Shown piece by piece: positions 10,310-20,189 of a stretch of 64,000 bases of DNA. Numbering within the stretch: the first letter of the stretch is position 1; every line of letters starts with the position of its first letter. The stretch is from a virus, in IMG/VR virus record IMGVR_UViG_3300027759_000003, positions 32,001 through 96,000 of that record; one strand, 5' to 3'. The notes below the pieces were generated by a model. It did no database searches. It saw nothing but the letters and a program-made list of their open reading frames with translations, and had not been told where the DNA came from. The translations under genes and the position numbers were made by a program.

Positions 10310-10953
10310 TGCCAGAGTTAAATGCAAACATACCTCCCATAGAATGTTATGTGCGTGGAAACTATTTAAGGAATCAGTTAGATAGTCATGATAAGTATTT
10401 TCCATGTGTTATATTTGGTGTTGCTAGTATAAAAAGCAGAAGCCCTTTATTTCACATAATGATGGAAGATGGTGGGTTGTGGTGGAGATTACCAATTAGT
10501 GCATTTTGTACAAAACCTGGAGTTCCTGAAATAGACTTACACAATTTAGTTTTATGGAACGCTTTTAGTCATCACATATCTGTGACTAAATTTGAAAACC
10601 TTACAAACCTTAGAATGTCATACATCGATAGAACAAAAACAATGCATAAAGGTACTTACTTGTTTACTCTTGATTGGCATAACCCAGATAACAACGTAAT
10701 AGATGATGGATACTCTGAGAGTCCTTCTGAACATAAATGTGGACATGTAATACAAAGAGATGATGGAAACTTTGCTATTCAACCTAACAACAGAGTTCGC
10801 ATATACGAACCTTCTTTTACTTTAAAAAAGGACTATGTCATAGATAGAATAATTAATGATTATAAGTGGGACGTAGAAAATCAAGACAAGTGGACCTTAG
10901 AAGACAGTGATAGGTTTAATTATGATATTAATGAGACTGAGGTTGACAAATAA
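10309..10953 (+). CDS. Conserved phage hypothetical protein
   Basis: 214-aa ORF with RBS; YLFTLDW...EHKCGH...QPNNRV motifs. Confidence 0.65.
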   Translation: MPELNANIPPIECYVRGNYLRNQLDSHDKYFPCVIFGVASIKSRSPLFHIMMEDGGLWWRLPISAFCTKPGVPEIDLHNLVLWNAFSHHISVTKFENLTNLRMSYIDRTKTMHKGTYLFTLDWHNPDNNVIDDGYSESPSEHKCGHVIQRDDGNFAIQPNNRVRIYEPSFTLKKDYVIDRIINDYKWDVENQDKWTLEDSDRFNYDINETEVDK

Positions 10954-10957
10954 TCTT

Positions 10958-11113
10958 ATGACTGGTAAACTATATACAAGCGAGGTTTGGCTTCGTAAGA
11001 GATATCTTATAGATAAAAAATCTCCACAAGACATTGCCAAGGAGTGTGGGGCAAGCATAGAAACAATCTATGTATACCTTGCAAAATTTGGATTAAGGAA
11101 ATCAAAACGATGA
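10958..11113 (+). CDS. Small helix-turn-helix DNA-binding protein
   Basis: SPQDIAKECGASIETIYVYLAKFGL HTH pattern. Confidence 0.7.
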   Translation: MTGKLYTSEVWLRKRYLIDKKSPQDIAKECGASIETIYVYLAKFGLRKSKR

Positions 11114-11355
11114 GTAATAATTTAAACATTACGGTTGATCAAGTCAACCATCCTTTACACTACACGACTGATCCTAGTGGGGTTGAGTGTATACAAATTA
11201 CACGTCACCGCAATTTTAATATTGGAAATGCCTTTAAGTATTTGTGGAGAGCAGGACTTAAAGATGAACAAAAAACAATCCAAGATTTAGAAAAAGCAAT
11301 TTTTTATATTAAAGATGAGATTAATCGTTTAGAAGGAAAATATCATGTCAACTGA
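11110..11355 (+). CDS. DUF3310-family protein
   Basis: VNHPLHY...ECI...GNAFKYLWRAGLK...QDLEKAIFY signature. Confidence 0.85.
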   Translation: MSNNLNITVDQVNHPLHYTTDPSGVECIQITRHRNFNIGNAFKYLWRAGLKDEQKTIQDLEKAIFYIKDEINRLEGKYHVN

Positions 11356-11878
11356 AACAGAATTGGTTCAACATTTAGATGAAGTAAACAAAGTAGTTAC
11401 AGAATATTTAAAGGGTCAAGACCCAACAAAAATATCTAAAGAACTAGACATGCCTAGAACTCGTGTTGTTGCATTAATTAATGAGTGGAAAGTTATGGCA
11501 TCTGCTAATGATGCAATTCGTGCACGGGCTAAAGAAGCCCTTGCTGGAGCAGACACACACTATAGCAAACTTATTACAAAGGCTTATGAGGTTATTGATG
11601 AATCAAGTATGACAAATAACCTTAGTGCAAAGACTCAGGCTATCAAACTTGTTATGGATATTGAAAAATCTAGAATTGAAATGCTTCAAAAGGCTGGTTT
11701 GTTAGAAAATAAAGAACTTGCCGAAGAGATGGTTCAAATTGAAAGACGACAAGAAGTCCTTGTTGAAATACTTAGAGAGATTGCTTCTACGCATCCAGAA
11801 GTTCGTGATTTAATTATGCACAGACTTTCACAAATTGCAAAAGAAGGCGAAGTGATTACGATTGTCCAAGATGTTTAA
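11345..11878 (+). CDS. Putative terminase small subunit / HTH protein
   Basis: N-terminal HTH-like segment, helical, directly upstream of and overlapping TerL. Confidence 0.55.
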   Translation: MSTETELVQHLDEVNKVVTEYLKGQDPTKISKELDMPRTRVVALINEWKVMASANDAIRARAKEALAGADTHYSKLITKAYEVIDESSMTNNLSAKTQAIKLVMDIEKSRIEMLQKAGLLENKELAEEMVQIERRQEVLVEILREIASTHPEVRDLIMHRLSQIAKEGEVITIVQDV

Positions 11879-13646
11879 TGATTTTTTAGATGTACTAAAA
11901 GAAAATCAGTTTGATGAAAAACCAGTAGATGTTAAAACATTTGTTGAGTCATCTGACTATCTTGGTCAACCAACCTTGTCAGCAATCCAGTATGACATAG
12001 TTGAAGCAATGAGTCAGATATACAAGAAAGAAGATTTACAAGAACTTTATGGGTCTGTAGAAGGGGCTAGATACTATGACAAATATACAAAAAACGAAAT
12101 CATATTACAGTTGGGGAAGGGTAGCGGTAAAGATTTTACTTCCACTGTTGCTTGTGCTTACATTGTTTATAAGTTACTTTGTCTCAAAGACCCCGCAAGA
12201 TACTTCGGAAAACCAAGCGGGGATGCGATAGATTTAATTAACGTTGCCATTAACGCACAACAGGCTAAGAACGTTTTCTTTAAAGGTTTTAAAACAAAAA
12301 TTGAAAAATCTCCTTGGTTTGCAGGTAAGTATAATGCTAAGGCTGATAGTGTTGAGTTTGATAAATCAATCACTGTCTACTCTGGGCACTCAGAAAGAGA
12401 ATCTCATGAAGGTTTAAACTTGTTGCTTGCAGTACTTGATGAAATTTCTGGATTTGCTTCTGAGGTTGGAACTGGTAATGAACAAGGTAAGACTGCAGAA
12501 AATATTTATAAAGCATTTCGTGGATCGGTAGACTCTCGTTTTCCAGATCTTGGTAAGGTTGTTCTTCTTTCATTCCCTCGTTATCAAGGTGACTTTATTT
12601 CAAAACGGTATGAAGATGTAATTATGGAAAAAGAATCAATAGAAAAAAAACATACTTTTATTATGAATGAAGACTTACCACATAATGACCCAAACAATCA
12701 ATTTGAAATTACATGGGAAGAAGATCAAATTATTTCCTACAAAGTTCCAAGGGTATTAGCATTTAAAAGACCTACATGGGAAGTAAATCCAACAAGAAAG
12801 ATAGATGATTTTAAACTAGCATTTTATACAGACCTTGGTGATGCTATGATGCGTTTTGCATGTGTCCCAACGTATGCCTCAGATGCCTTCTTTAAACAAA
12901 AAGAAAAGTTAGAAAAATGTATGAATACAAGAAATCCAATAGATTCGTTTAAAAGGTTTGAAGAAACATTTAAACCAGATCCAGAAAAAATGTATTATAT
13001 CCATGCTGACCTTGCACAAAAACATGACAAGTGTGCTGTTGCTATTGCACATGTTGATAAATGGGTTAACATTCAAGTTATTAAAGATTATGAGCAGGTA
13101 GCCCCTATAGTTGTTGTTGACGCTGTTGTGTGGTGGGAACCAAGATCAGAAGGTCCAGTTAATTTATCTGAAGTAAAACAATGGATAATTAATTTACGCA
13201 GAGAAGGATTTAATATTGGCATGGTTTCTTTTGACCGCTGGCAATCATTTGATATTCAAAATGAACTACAGGCTGTTGGTATTAGAACAGAAACTGTTTC
13301 AGTTGCCAAAAAACATTATGAAGATTTAGCAATGATGATTTATGAAGAGCGAGTAGCAATTCCTATGATTCCATTATTGTTGGAAGAAATGTCAGAATTA
13401 AAAATTATGAAGGGCAACAAAGTAGATCACCCTCGTAAAAAATCCAAGGACTTAGCGGATGCGGTCTGCGGAGCGGTATTTGGGGCAATATCTCATACCC
13501 CAAAGAATAATAATACAGAAATTGAGGTCCATACCTGGAGTTCTGCAACTCGACTTGCAGAAAAACAGCAACGTATGGTAGAATTAGATAATCGGGAAAT
13601 GCCTAACGATGTTAAGGATTTTCTAGATAATTTAAACTTAATATAA
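11871..13646 (+). CDS. terL: Terminase large subunit
   Basis: Walker A LGKGSGKD, Walker B AVLDEISG, nuclease motifs HADLA..HD, SFDRWQS and DHPRKKSKDLADAV. Confidence 0.92.
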   Translation: MFNDFLDVLKENQFDEKPVDVKTFVESSDYLGQPTLSAIQYDIVEAMSQIYKKEDLQELYGSVEGARYYDKYTKNEIILQLGKGSGKDFTSTVACAYIVYKLLCLKDPARYFGKPSGDAIDLINVAINAQQAKNVFFKGFKTKIEKSPWFAGKYNAKADSVEFDKSITVYSGHSERESHEGLNLLLAVLDEISGFASEVGTGNEQGKTAENIYKAFRGSVDSRFPDLGKVVLLSFPRYQGDFISKRYEDVIMEKESIEKKHTFIMNEDLPHNDPNNQFEITWEEDQIISYKVPRVLAFKRPTWEVNPTRKIDDFKLAFYTDLGDAMMRFACVPTYASDAFFKQKEKLEKCMNTRNPIDSFKRFEETFKPDPEKMYYIHADLAQKHDKCAVAIAHVDKWVNIQVIKDYEQVAPIVVVDAVVWWEPRSEGPVNLSEVKQWIINLRREGFNIGMVSFDRWQSFDIQNELQAVGIRTETVSVAKKHYEDLAMMIYEERVAIPMIPLLLEEMSELKIMKGNKVDHPRKKSKDLADAVCGAVFGAISHTPKNNNTEIEVHTWSSATRLAEKQQRMVELDNREMPNDVKDFLDNLNLI

Positions 13647-13662
13647 ACTAACAAGGAGAATA

Positions 13663-15261
13663 ATGAATTCATTTAAGAAACTTGCCACAGTCTTGGCTGC
13701 AGCCTTGACACTTGGCGTGATGTCGGCACTTCCGACACAGGCTACAGTATATGCTGACGTTGTCACCATTGATGCCGTAGCAGATACAATTAATCCTGGT
13801 GAGACTGCAACAGCAGTAGTATCAGTATCATTTTTGGGAACAAGTATTGGAGATACCGTTTCGGTAATATCTGCAGTACTATCTGCCCCATCTACTGCTA
13901 GCGTTCCACAGTTTGCCGTTACAGAAACATCTAGCGCAACAGTGGCACTATCAGCAGACACAAAAACAGCAGCAGTATCTCCAGCAACTAATACTTCTGG
14001 TTATGTTACTGCAAAGTTGACATCATCATTTTATGTGCCTACCGTCGCTGGATCATATGTAGTTAGATTTATTCCTACATTGACTAGCGCATCTGGTTCA
14101 GTTACATCTGCTGCCATTACATGGACAGTTACTGTTACCGCTCCAGACCTTAAGGCATCAACTGCTTATACAACATCTTTTATTAATACTGGAGAAACAA
14201 TTTCAGCAACAACAGATGCTACTGTATATGCTTCAAAGACAGTCTCATCTGATGCAGCAGCAGTTATTGTTTTAACTCAAAAGAATGCTGTTAATGCTTC
14301 TGCTTCAGAATCTGTTACAGCAACAATTTCAGGAGCGGGTATGTTGGGGTATGGTACAAACCATACAACAATTAACGGTCTTGGTAGATCATTAGTTGTA
14401 CCTGCAGGAAACTACATTGGAGTATTCTCTGATGGAACATCTGGAGTAGGAACAATTACACTTACTTCACAGTCTGGAGCATTATTAGCAACAGAGAAAG
14501 TAACATTTTATGGTGACATTGCCAAAGTTGTTACAACTGTAAAGAAGCCAGCAATTGCTGTAGGTTCTAACGCAGACGCAATTTCTGCCGTAGCATATGA
14601 TGCTGCTGGCGTAGTTGTAGGAGCAGGAACACTAACAGTTACTTCAAATGATCTTACAGTAATCAGCAACTCAGCAACAACTGCTTCTATCTCTAATGGT
14701 GCAGCGTTGTTTTCTTTGGCTGGTGTTAAGACTGGTTCAGTAGGTGTAGTAGTAAAGAGTGGAACAATCTCTGCAGACACAGTTACTGTGCGTGTAGAGG
14801 CTGCCGTTGCTTCTATTAAGTTGGCTTTTGATAAAGCAAACTATGTAGCAGGAGAGCAAGCCACAATTACTCTTTCACCAGTTGATGCAACAGGTGCCGT
14901 ATTGTCTGGAAAGACATATGCTAGCCTACTTGCTTCTACAGGAATTACTACAAGTTATTCCTTTGGTGGATCAAGCGATACCATTACTGCAACATCTATT
15001 ACAACTGACGCAAATGGTGTAAAAACTTACAAAGTTTATATGCCATTATCTGCAGGAGCAGTTACTATCAGCGCAACTGGTGGAACTGATTTACCAGCAG
15101 CAGGTCAAGTAAAGGTGTCAGCATCTGCAACAGTAACTGATTCAGCATCACAAGCACTTGCTGCTGTGGCTGCATTAACTGTAACCGTTGCACAACTTAA
15201 GACATTAATCACAACCTTGACTAATCTTGTATTAAAGATTCAGAAAAAGGTTAAGGCTTAA
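13663..15261 (+). CDS. Exported Ala/Thr/Ser-rich Ig-like surface (S-layer-like) protein
   Basis: Sec signal peptide (MNSFKKLATVLAAALTLG...QA), beta-rich body, C-terminal amphipathic coil ending KIQKKVKA; own RBS and terminator. Confidence 0.7.
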   Translation: MNSFKKLATVLAAALTLGVMSALPTQATVYADVVTIDAVADTINPGETATAVVSVSFLGTSIGDTVSVISAVLSAPSTASVPQFAVTETSSATVALSADTKTAAVSPATNTSGYVTAKLTSSFYVPTVAGSYVVRFIPTLTSASGSVTSAAITWTVTVTAPDLKASTAYTTSFINTGETISATTDATVYASKTVSSDAAAVIVLTQKNAVNASASESVTATISGAGMLGYGTNHTTINGLGRSLVVPAGNYIGVFSDGTSGVGTITLTSQSGALLATEKVTFYGDIAKVVTTVKKPAIAVGSNADAISAVAYDAAGVVVGAGTLTVTSNDLTVISNSATTASISNGAALFSLAGVKTGSVGVVVKSGTISADTVTVRVEAAVASIKLAFDKANYVAGEQATITLSPVDATGAVLSGKTYASLLASTGITTSYSFGGSSDTITATSITTDANGVKTYKVYMPLSAGAVTISATGGTDLPAAGQVKVSASATVTDSASQALAAVAALTVTVAQLKTLITTLTNLVLKIQKKVKA

Positions 15262-15279
15262 CAACTCCTTATAAAAATT

Positions 15280-15309
15280 GAGGGTAGATTAATTTCTACC
15301 CTCTTTTTT
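15280..15309 (+). terminator. Rho-independent terminator
   Basis: GAGGGTAGA-ttaatt-TCTACCCTC followed by a T-tract. Confidence 0.85.
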
Positions 15310-15364
15310 ATTGCATAAAAATGGTATAATTACTAATATAATTACACATTGGAGAGCCTTATAA

Positions 15365-17971
15365 TTGACTAACCTTAAACGAAGACTAGTATTAGCCTTT
15401 GGGGTAGGGTTGTGTTTAACAATTTTTGGGATAATGGCTCCTGATCGTGCCCATGCTACAGAAAATCAAGAACAAGTTGTTGTAAGTCCCGCTCAACAAG
15501 CAGTTAATACAGCCCTTGCAACAGCCACTACAGAGGTTCAACAGGCTATTACAGCCACAGATACTGCCACTGCCACCATAGCCGTAGCAGTTTCTGAAAG
15601 AGTAGAGGCTCAGGCAGCGGTAGATACAGTAACAGCCACAATAGCAGTAGCACAATCAAATGTAGCCTTAGTAGACACAGCAACAGCCACAATTAGTTCT
15701 GTAGATTTATCTGTTACACCAATAGATCAAAGTTCTCAAATAGTTATAGATGCAAAAAATACAATTACAACAGCACAAACCTCCATAAATAATATTGACA
15801 CATTAACTGCACAGGTACAAATATCTGAAGCCGTTGCAGCAAAAACAACAGCAACAACAGCACAAGCCACCGCACAAACCGAACTAACTCAAGCCAACAT
15901 TGCAATTGATAATGCTCAAACAGCAGTAAATAATTTACAAGCCACCATTGGAACTAGCACTAATGTTCTTGCTGGCGTAGACGATGCTGGCGTTAAAATG
16001 AATCTTCCATTCGGAATGCAAATGGGTGGAACTTTATATAACAATGTATTTGTTGGGTCTAATGCAACCATAACATTTGGTGTTAACGAAGGTCCTAATT
16101 ATTATTCTACTCCAAGTGCACCATCCGTATCTATTGCTGGCTGGGACTGGACAACTTGGAGCACAGGAACTGGAATTACATATGCAACTACTGGAACAAG
16201 TTTAGATATTGCATGGGACCTTCGCCCTTATCCACAACAAGATGCTTCAACACAAATGGTTCAAGTAAGATTTAATGCTGATGTGAATCCCAATGATGGT
16301 GCTTGGATGGCAACTGTTAGTGCTAATGGACCAATACCTAATGGAGCAAGATTTAATTATAGAGAAACTACAAATGGAAATGTAAATAATATTGAGGATA
16401 TAAATTCTGGGTCAGGATTCAACGGACAAATAAGTCAAGGTGCAGCATTTACTCCATATGTAGACCCAAATACTTCAACAATTCAAGCAGCAGTAGATTC
16501 TGCAAATGCTACAATTGCACAGTTAAACTCAAGTCTTACTCCAGTAGTTGCTCAAAATACTACAAACACATCAGCAATAAATGCTATTAATACAACATCT
16601 TTAACTAATGCCGTAAACTCAGCGGTATCTAGTAAAACAAACTTACAAACACAATTAAATACAAATGCTCAAGAGTTAATTACAGCAATTAATACTCATA
16701 TTCCTACTCCAGCCCCAGTGTTATCAGAACCAGTAATTGAAGGAACGACAGTTGTTATTACGCCTGAATTGCCAGAAGGATACACAGCCAATACTTGGTT
16801 TTATCAAGTAATAACGAATGATCCAGATGCAGAAAACCCATATGAAGGTGGAACATATAATACAACTGGTGCTCCAGAATCTATTGAATTAACTGGTTTG
16901 ACAGAAGGCTCTACCTATACTGTTAGAGTTGCTAACTGGTCTGGACCTGTAAGTGAGTATACAGAGGTTGTTATTTCTATACCCGCACCAGAAGAAATTA
17001 TTATAGCCCCAGCCCCAGAGCCAGTTTTTATTTATGCGCCTGAACAAACCTTACCAGACGAGACCATTCCAACTGAAGAGGAGAATACAGAAACAGAAGA
17101 GATTCCTGTAGAGGAAATTCCTGTGGAAGAAATCCCTGTTGAAGAAGTGCCTTCTGAAGAAACTGAATCTCCCGAAACGGATACACCTGAATTTGATGAA
17201 TCTTCATCCAACGATGAACTAGAAAATATTCTTGAAGAAAATCAGGATTTTTTTGAAGAAATAGCACAAGATAATGATACCTTATCTGTAGAACAAATAC
17301 AAGACATAGTTAGTGATTTAGTTGCAGATAGTGGTTTAAATGCATCTGAAGTTGCAGAAGTATTAGAGGCAATTGCTCAGGGCGGAGAGGTATCTGAAGA
17401 AGTTGCTGCAGAAGTTTCATCTGTATTATCAGAGGGCGGACTAACAGAATCAGAAGCAGATTTTATTACAGAAATGCTTTCTGCAGATGGAGAAATAACA
17501 ACTGCAGAAGTTGTTAATTTGTCAGAGGCATTAAACGAAGACGGTAAGTTTACTTTAGTAGAAAAAGATTTAGTTGCAGACGTATTAGTATCATCAGCAG
17601 AGGGAGCACCAGTAACTGCTGCAAACATAGAATCGGCGGGACTTGAATATCGTGATCTTCCTCCTACAATTCCAGTAGAAGTAAGAGAAGATGCTAGCGG
17701 TAACCCTGTGGTTATTACTGCAGAGGTGGCTTCAGCATTGCTTGTATTAGAAAGTCCAGCAGCATTATTAGATGCGGTTGCTACTTGTTTTAATCCAGAT
17801 GAAGCAATTGAAGGTTTGACAGAAGAGCAAAAATGTGAGTTAGGTAAAGCCTTACTCAGCATGGGTGCTGACATGTCTATACCAGAACGTGAAAAAGCAG
17901 AAGATATTGTAGTTGTAACAATTATTGCTGGTCAATTAATTGTTGCTACTGCACCTAGAAGAAGGAGATAA
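15365..17971 (+). CDS. Large exported/membrane-anchored protein with coiled coils, an FN3-like domain and an acidic linker
   Basis: Signal peptide ending AHA; Ala/Thr coils; LTGLTEGSTYTVRVAN FN3 strand; EEIPV repeats; C-terminal hydrophobic segment + RRRR. Confidence 0.75.
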   Translation: MTNLKRRLVLAFGVGLCLTIFGIMAPDRAHATENQEQVVVSPAQQAVNTALATATTEVQQAITATDTATATIAVAVSERVEAQAAVDTVTATIAVAQSNVALVDTATATISSVDLSVTPIDQSSQIVIDAKNTITTAQTSINNIDTLTAQVQISEAVAAKTTATTAQATAQTELTQANIAIDNAQTAVNNLQATIGTSTNVLAGVDDAGVKMNLPFGMQMGGTLYNNVFVGSNATITFGVNEGPNYYSTPSAPSVSIAGWDWTTWSTGTGITYATTGTSLDIAWDLRPYPQQDASTQMVQVRFNADVNPNDGAWMATVSANGPIPNGARFNYRETTNGNVNNIEDINSGSGFNGQISQGAAFTPYVDPNTSTIQAAVDSANATIAQLNSSLTPVVAQNTTNTSAINAINTTSLTNAVNSAVSSKTNLQTQLNTNAQELITAINTHIPTPAPVLSEPVIEGTTVVITPELPEGYTANTWFYQVITNDPDAENPYEGGTYNTTGAPESIELTGLTEGSTYTVRVANWSGPVSEYTEVVISIPAPEEIIIAPAPEPVFIYAPEQTLPDETIPTEEENTETEEIPVEEIPVEEIPVEEVPSEETESPETDTPEFDESSSNDELENILEENQDFFEEIAQDNDTLSVEQIQDIVSDLVADSGLNASEVAEVLEAIAQGGEVSEEVAAEVSSVLSEGGLTESEADFITEMLSADGEITTAEVVNLSEALNEDGKFTLVEKDLVADVLVSSAEGAPVTAANIESAGLEYRDLPPTIPVEVREDASGNPVVITAEVASALLVLESPAALLDAVATCFNPDEAIEGLTEEQKCELGKALLSMGADMSIPEREKAEDIVVVTIIAGQLIVATAPRRRR

Positions 17972-17972
17972 A

Positions 17973-18149
17973 ATGAAAAAGTTAAAACAATGGGGTATGG
18001 CAGCCCTAAATGAGAACTTTACATTCCTGGGCTTCTTTGTAGCATGGGTGGTTTTAGAGGGCAGCGCAAAGACGGTAGTAGGGTATGTAACCCTAGCATC
18101 GGTAGCCATATGGTTTGCAACCATAGGAATTCGTAAAGAAGACGAATAA
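17973..18149 (+). CDS. Small two-TM membrane protein
   Basis: AGGAG RBS, ATG at 17973, two hydrophobic segments. Confidence 0.65.
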   Translation: MKKLKQWGMAALNENFTFLGFFVAWVVLEGSAKTVVGYVTLASVAIWFATIGIRKEDE

Positions 18150-18167
18150 GTTTGATATAATGGGAGT

Positions 18168-18374
18168 ATGTTAAAATTACGCATACTCCTACTATCAAGC
18201 ATCCTAGCATTAGGATTGTCTGGTTGTGGATATGATGGTCACTATAGATACCCATGCCAAAACCCAACAAACTGGGAATCAGCAGAATGCAAACCACCAA
18301 TTTGTACTGCTAACGGAGCATGTCCAGAAGACTTAACACAACTAGAAAAGGTGGAGGGAACACAGAATGGCTAA
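18168..18374 (+). CDS. Small Cys-rich lipoprotein in the lysis cassette
   Basis: Signal peptide with lipobox LSGC; RYPCQ...ECKPPICTANGACP. Confidence 0.7.
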   Translation: MLKLRILLLSSILALGLSGCGYDGHYRYPCQNPTNWESAECKPPICTANGACPEDLTQLEKVEGTQNG

Positions 18375-18774
18375 AGAAAGATTAACTCCTCAAGAGTTAG
18401 ATGCAAGATTAAAGTTTATCCTAGGAATTACTTTAGGATCAATTTTATTTATAACTGCAACAGGAATTATGTATGCTCTTATATTTGTTACACAACCGAT
18501 TACAGGACAATCAGAAAACGATAAAATGTTTTTTAACGTTCTTGGTAGCGTAGCAACATTTATTACAGGAACACTTGCTGGTCTTCTTATAGGATCATCT
18601 GGCGCTAAAGATGTTATGGCAGCACAGATTGCAAACAAAGAGGTTGATGCCAAAAATACAATGGCAGATAAAAAACTTGAATCAGAAATTGATGATGCTA
18701 AAGCACGTAGACTAAACAAGCCTGATGGAGCAATGCCAGAGGAACAACCTGTTGACGCAAATTGGGATAAATAA
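18367..18774 (+). CDS. Two-TM membrane protein (holin-like)
   Basis: Two long hydrophobic helices, charged C-terminus, directly upstream of the endolysin. Confidence 0.6.
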   Translation: MAKERLTPQELDARLKFILGITLGSILFITATGIMYALIFVTQPITGQSENDKMFFNVLGSVATFITGTLAGLLIGSSGAKDVMAAQIANKEVDAKNTMADKKLESEIDDAKARRLNKPDGAMPEEQPVDANWDK

Positions 18775-18776
18775 TA

Positions 18777-19352
18777 ATGGCGGAGCAAGGTACAGCAGCC
18801 CGTCTTATTGAAGTTGCTACTGCAGAAGTAGGAACTGTTGAAGGTCCTAAAGATAATGAAACCAAGTATGGTAAGTTTACTAAAGCAGACTTCCAACCAT
18901 GGTGCGGATCATTTGTTAATTGGTGTGGCAATGAGGCTGGAGTAAAAATTCCAAATACCGTCTATACTCCTGGTGGCGCACAAGCATTTAAAAAAGCAAA
19001 CTCATGGATTGACGGAGACTTAGCAGATCCAGAGCCAGGAGACATTGCATACTTTGATTTTCCATCTGACGGGGTAGATAGAATTAGTCACGTAGCAATA
19101 GTAGTAGCAGACAATGGGGATGGAACAGTTTGGTGTGTTGAAGGTAACACTTCTGGAGATCCTAAAGGTAGCCAACGTAATGGTGGAGAGGTTTGTAAAA
19201 AACTTCGTGCTTTTAAGAAAAATAAAAAAGGAATTATGGTTTCTATTGTAGGGTTTGGCAGACCTAAGTTTGGCTCTGCGCCTGCAGGTACTGCTAAAAA
19301 GGCTGCGGCTAAGCCTAAAACATGCTCAGCATGTGGTCAAATCATTAAATAA
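18777..19352 (+). CDS. CHAP-domain endolysin
   Basis: QPWCGSFVNW, PEPGDIAYF, SHVAIV and VEGNTS CHAP catalytic motifs. Confidence 0.9.
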   Translation: MAEQGTAARLIEVATAEVGTVEGPKDNETKYGKFTKADFQPWCGSFVNWCGNEAGVKIPNTVYTPGGAQAFKKANSWIDGDLADPEPGDIAYFDFPSDGVDRISHVAIVVADNGDGTVWCVEGNTSGDPKGSQRNGGEVCKKLRAFKKNKKGIMVSIVGFGRPKFGSAPAGTAKKAAAKPKTCSACGQIIK

Positions 19353-19417
19353 AGGTGTTTGACTAAGCAATAATCATTTGCTATACTTAAAGGGTATACT
19401 CTGAGGGGATTTTCTAT

Positions 19418-19942
19418 ATGACAGTCTTGGCTGTAGTTCGTCATGAAAATAAAATCTACATGGCTGGTGATCGTGGTGCCTCAGACGATAACACCATCCT
19501 TTCATTAACCTCTCCAAAAGTTTGGAAACTTGGTCCATATTTAATTGGATATGCTGGAGCGCTAGATGGTGAACGTATTCGTTATAATTTTAATCCATAT
19601 GTTCCAGATATAAAAGATTTAGATAAGTTTATGCAAACTAAGTTTATTAAACAACTTAGAGATTTTTATAATAACTGGTGGGTAGATACTACTAAAGAAG
19701 GTGATTTAGGTCTTATTATTTGTGTTAAAGGTCAAATATATGAACACAATGCTATTGATATGTCTTTATCTAAATATAATTTAGATTATTTAGCAATGGG
19801 TTCAGGTGCAGAATACGCTTACGGATATTTAAATGCTACAGAAAAATCTAAGGATCCTCGCAAAAGAGTTGTTGGAGCGGTAAATGCAGCAATAAAATTT
19901 AGTCCATCTTGCATGGGTCCAGTTGACGTGGTAAACATTTAA
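19418..19942 (+). CDS. Ntn-hydrolase peptidase (HslV / proteasome beta-like)
   Basis: Thr2 nucleophile (MTVLAV), MAGDRG, K in PKVWK, AMGSGAEYA. Confidence 0.8.
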   Translation: MTVLAVVRHENKIYMAGDRGASDDNTILSLTSPKVWKLGPYLIGYAGALDGERIRYNFNPYVPDIKDLDKFMQTKFIKQLRDFYNNWWVDTTKEGDLGLIICVKGQIYEHNAIDMSLSKYNLDYLAMGSGAEYAYGYLNATEKSKDPRKRVVGAVNAAIKFSPSCMGPVDVVNI

Positions 19943-19957
19943 GGGTATAATTTATAT

Positions 19958-20176
19958 ATGGCAAACTTTGACGATATATTAAAAGATTTACAAGATGAGT
20001 CATCAAGTCTTGATGAGTTTGAGATTTGGTTAACTAACGGAATTGAGCGGGGCTGGGTAACAGAACCGTTTTGCAACACTCATGAAGGAGATCCTTATAT
20101 GAGTGATGAAGAAGCACAAGAATGGGAAGAGGGCGGAGACCCTTGTCAAGTAGTAATTAAAATAAATAACAACTAA
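19958..20176 (+). CDS. Acidic hypothetical protein
   Basis: FCNTHEG...WEEGGDPC motif; upstream extended -10 promoter. Confidence 0.65.
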   Translation: MANFDDILKDLQDESSSLDEFEIWLTNGIERGWVTEPFCNTHEGDPYMSDEEAQEWEEGGDPCQVVIKINNN

Positions 20177-20189
20177 TAAAAGGGGTAAA

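Noticed and set aside
3511-13646. Inteins or introns in dnaE, recA or terL
   Set aside because: Protein lengths are normal, motifs are contiguous and no splice-junction or homing-endonuclease motifs were seen
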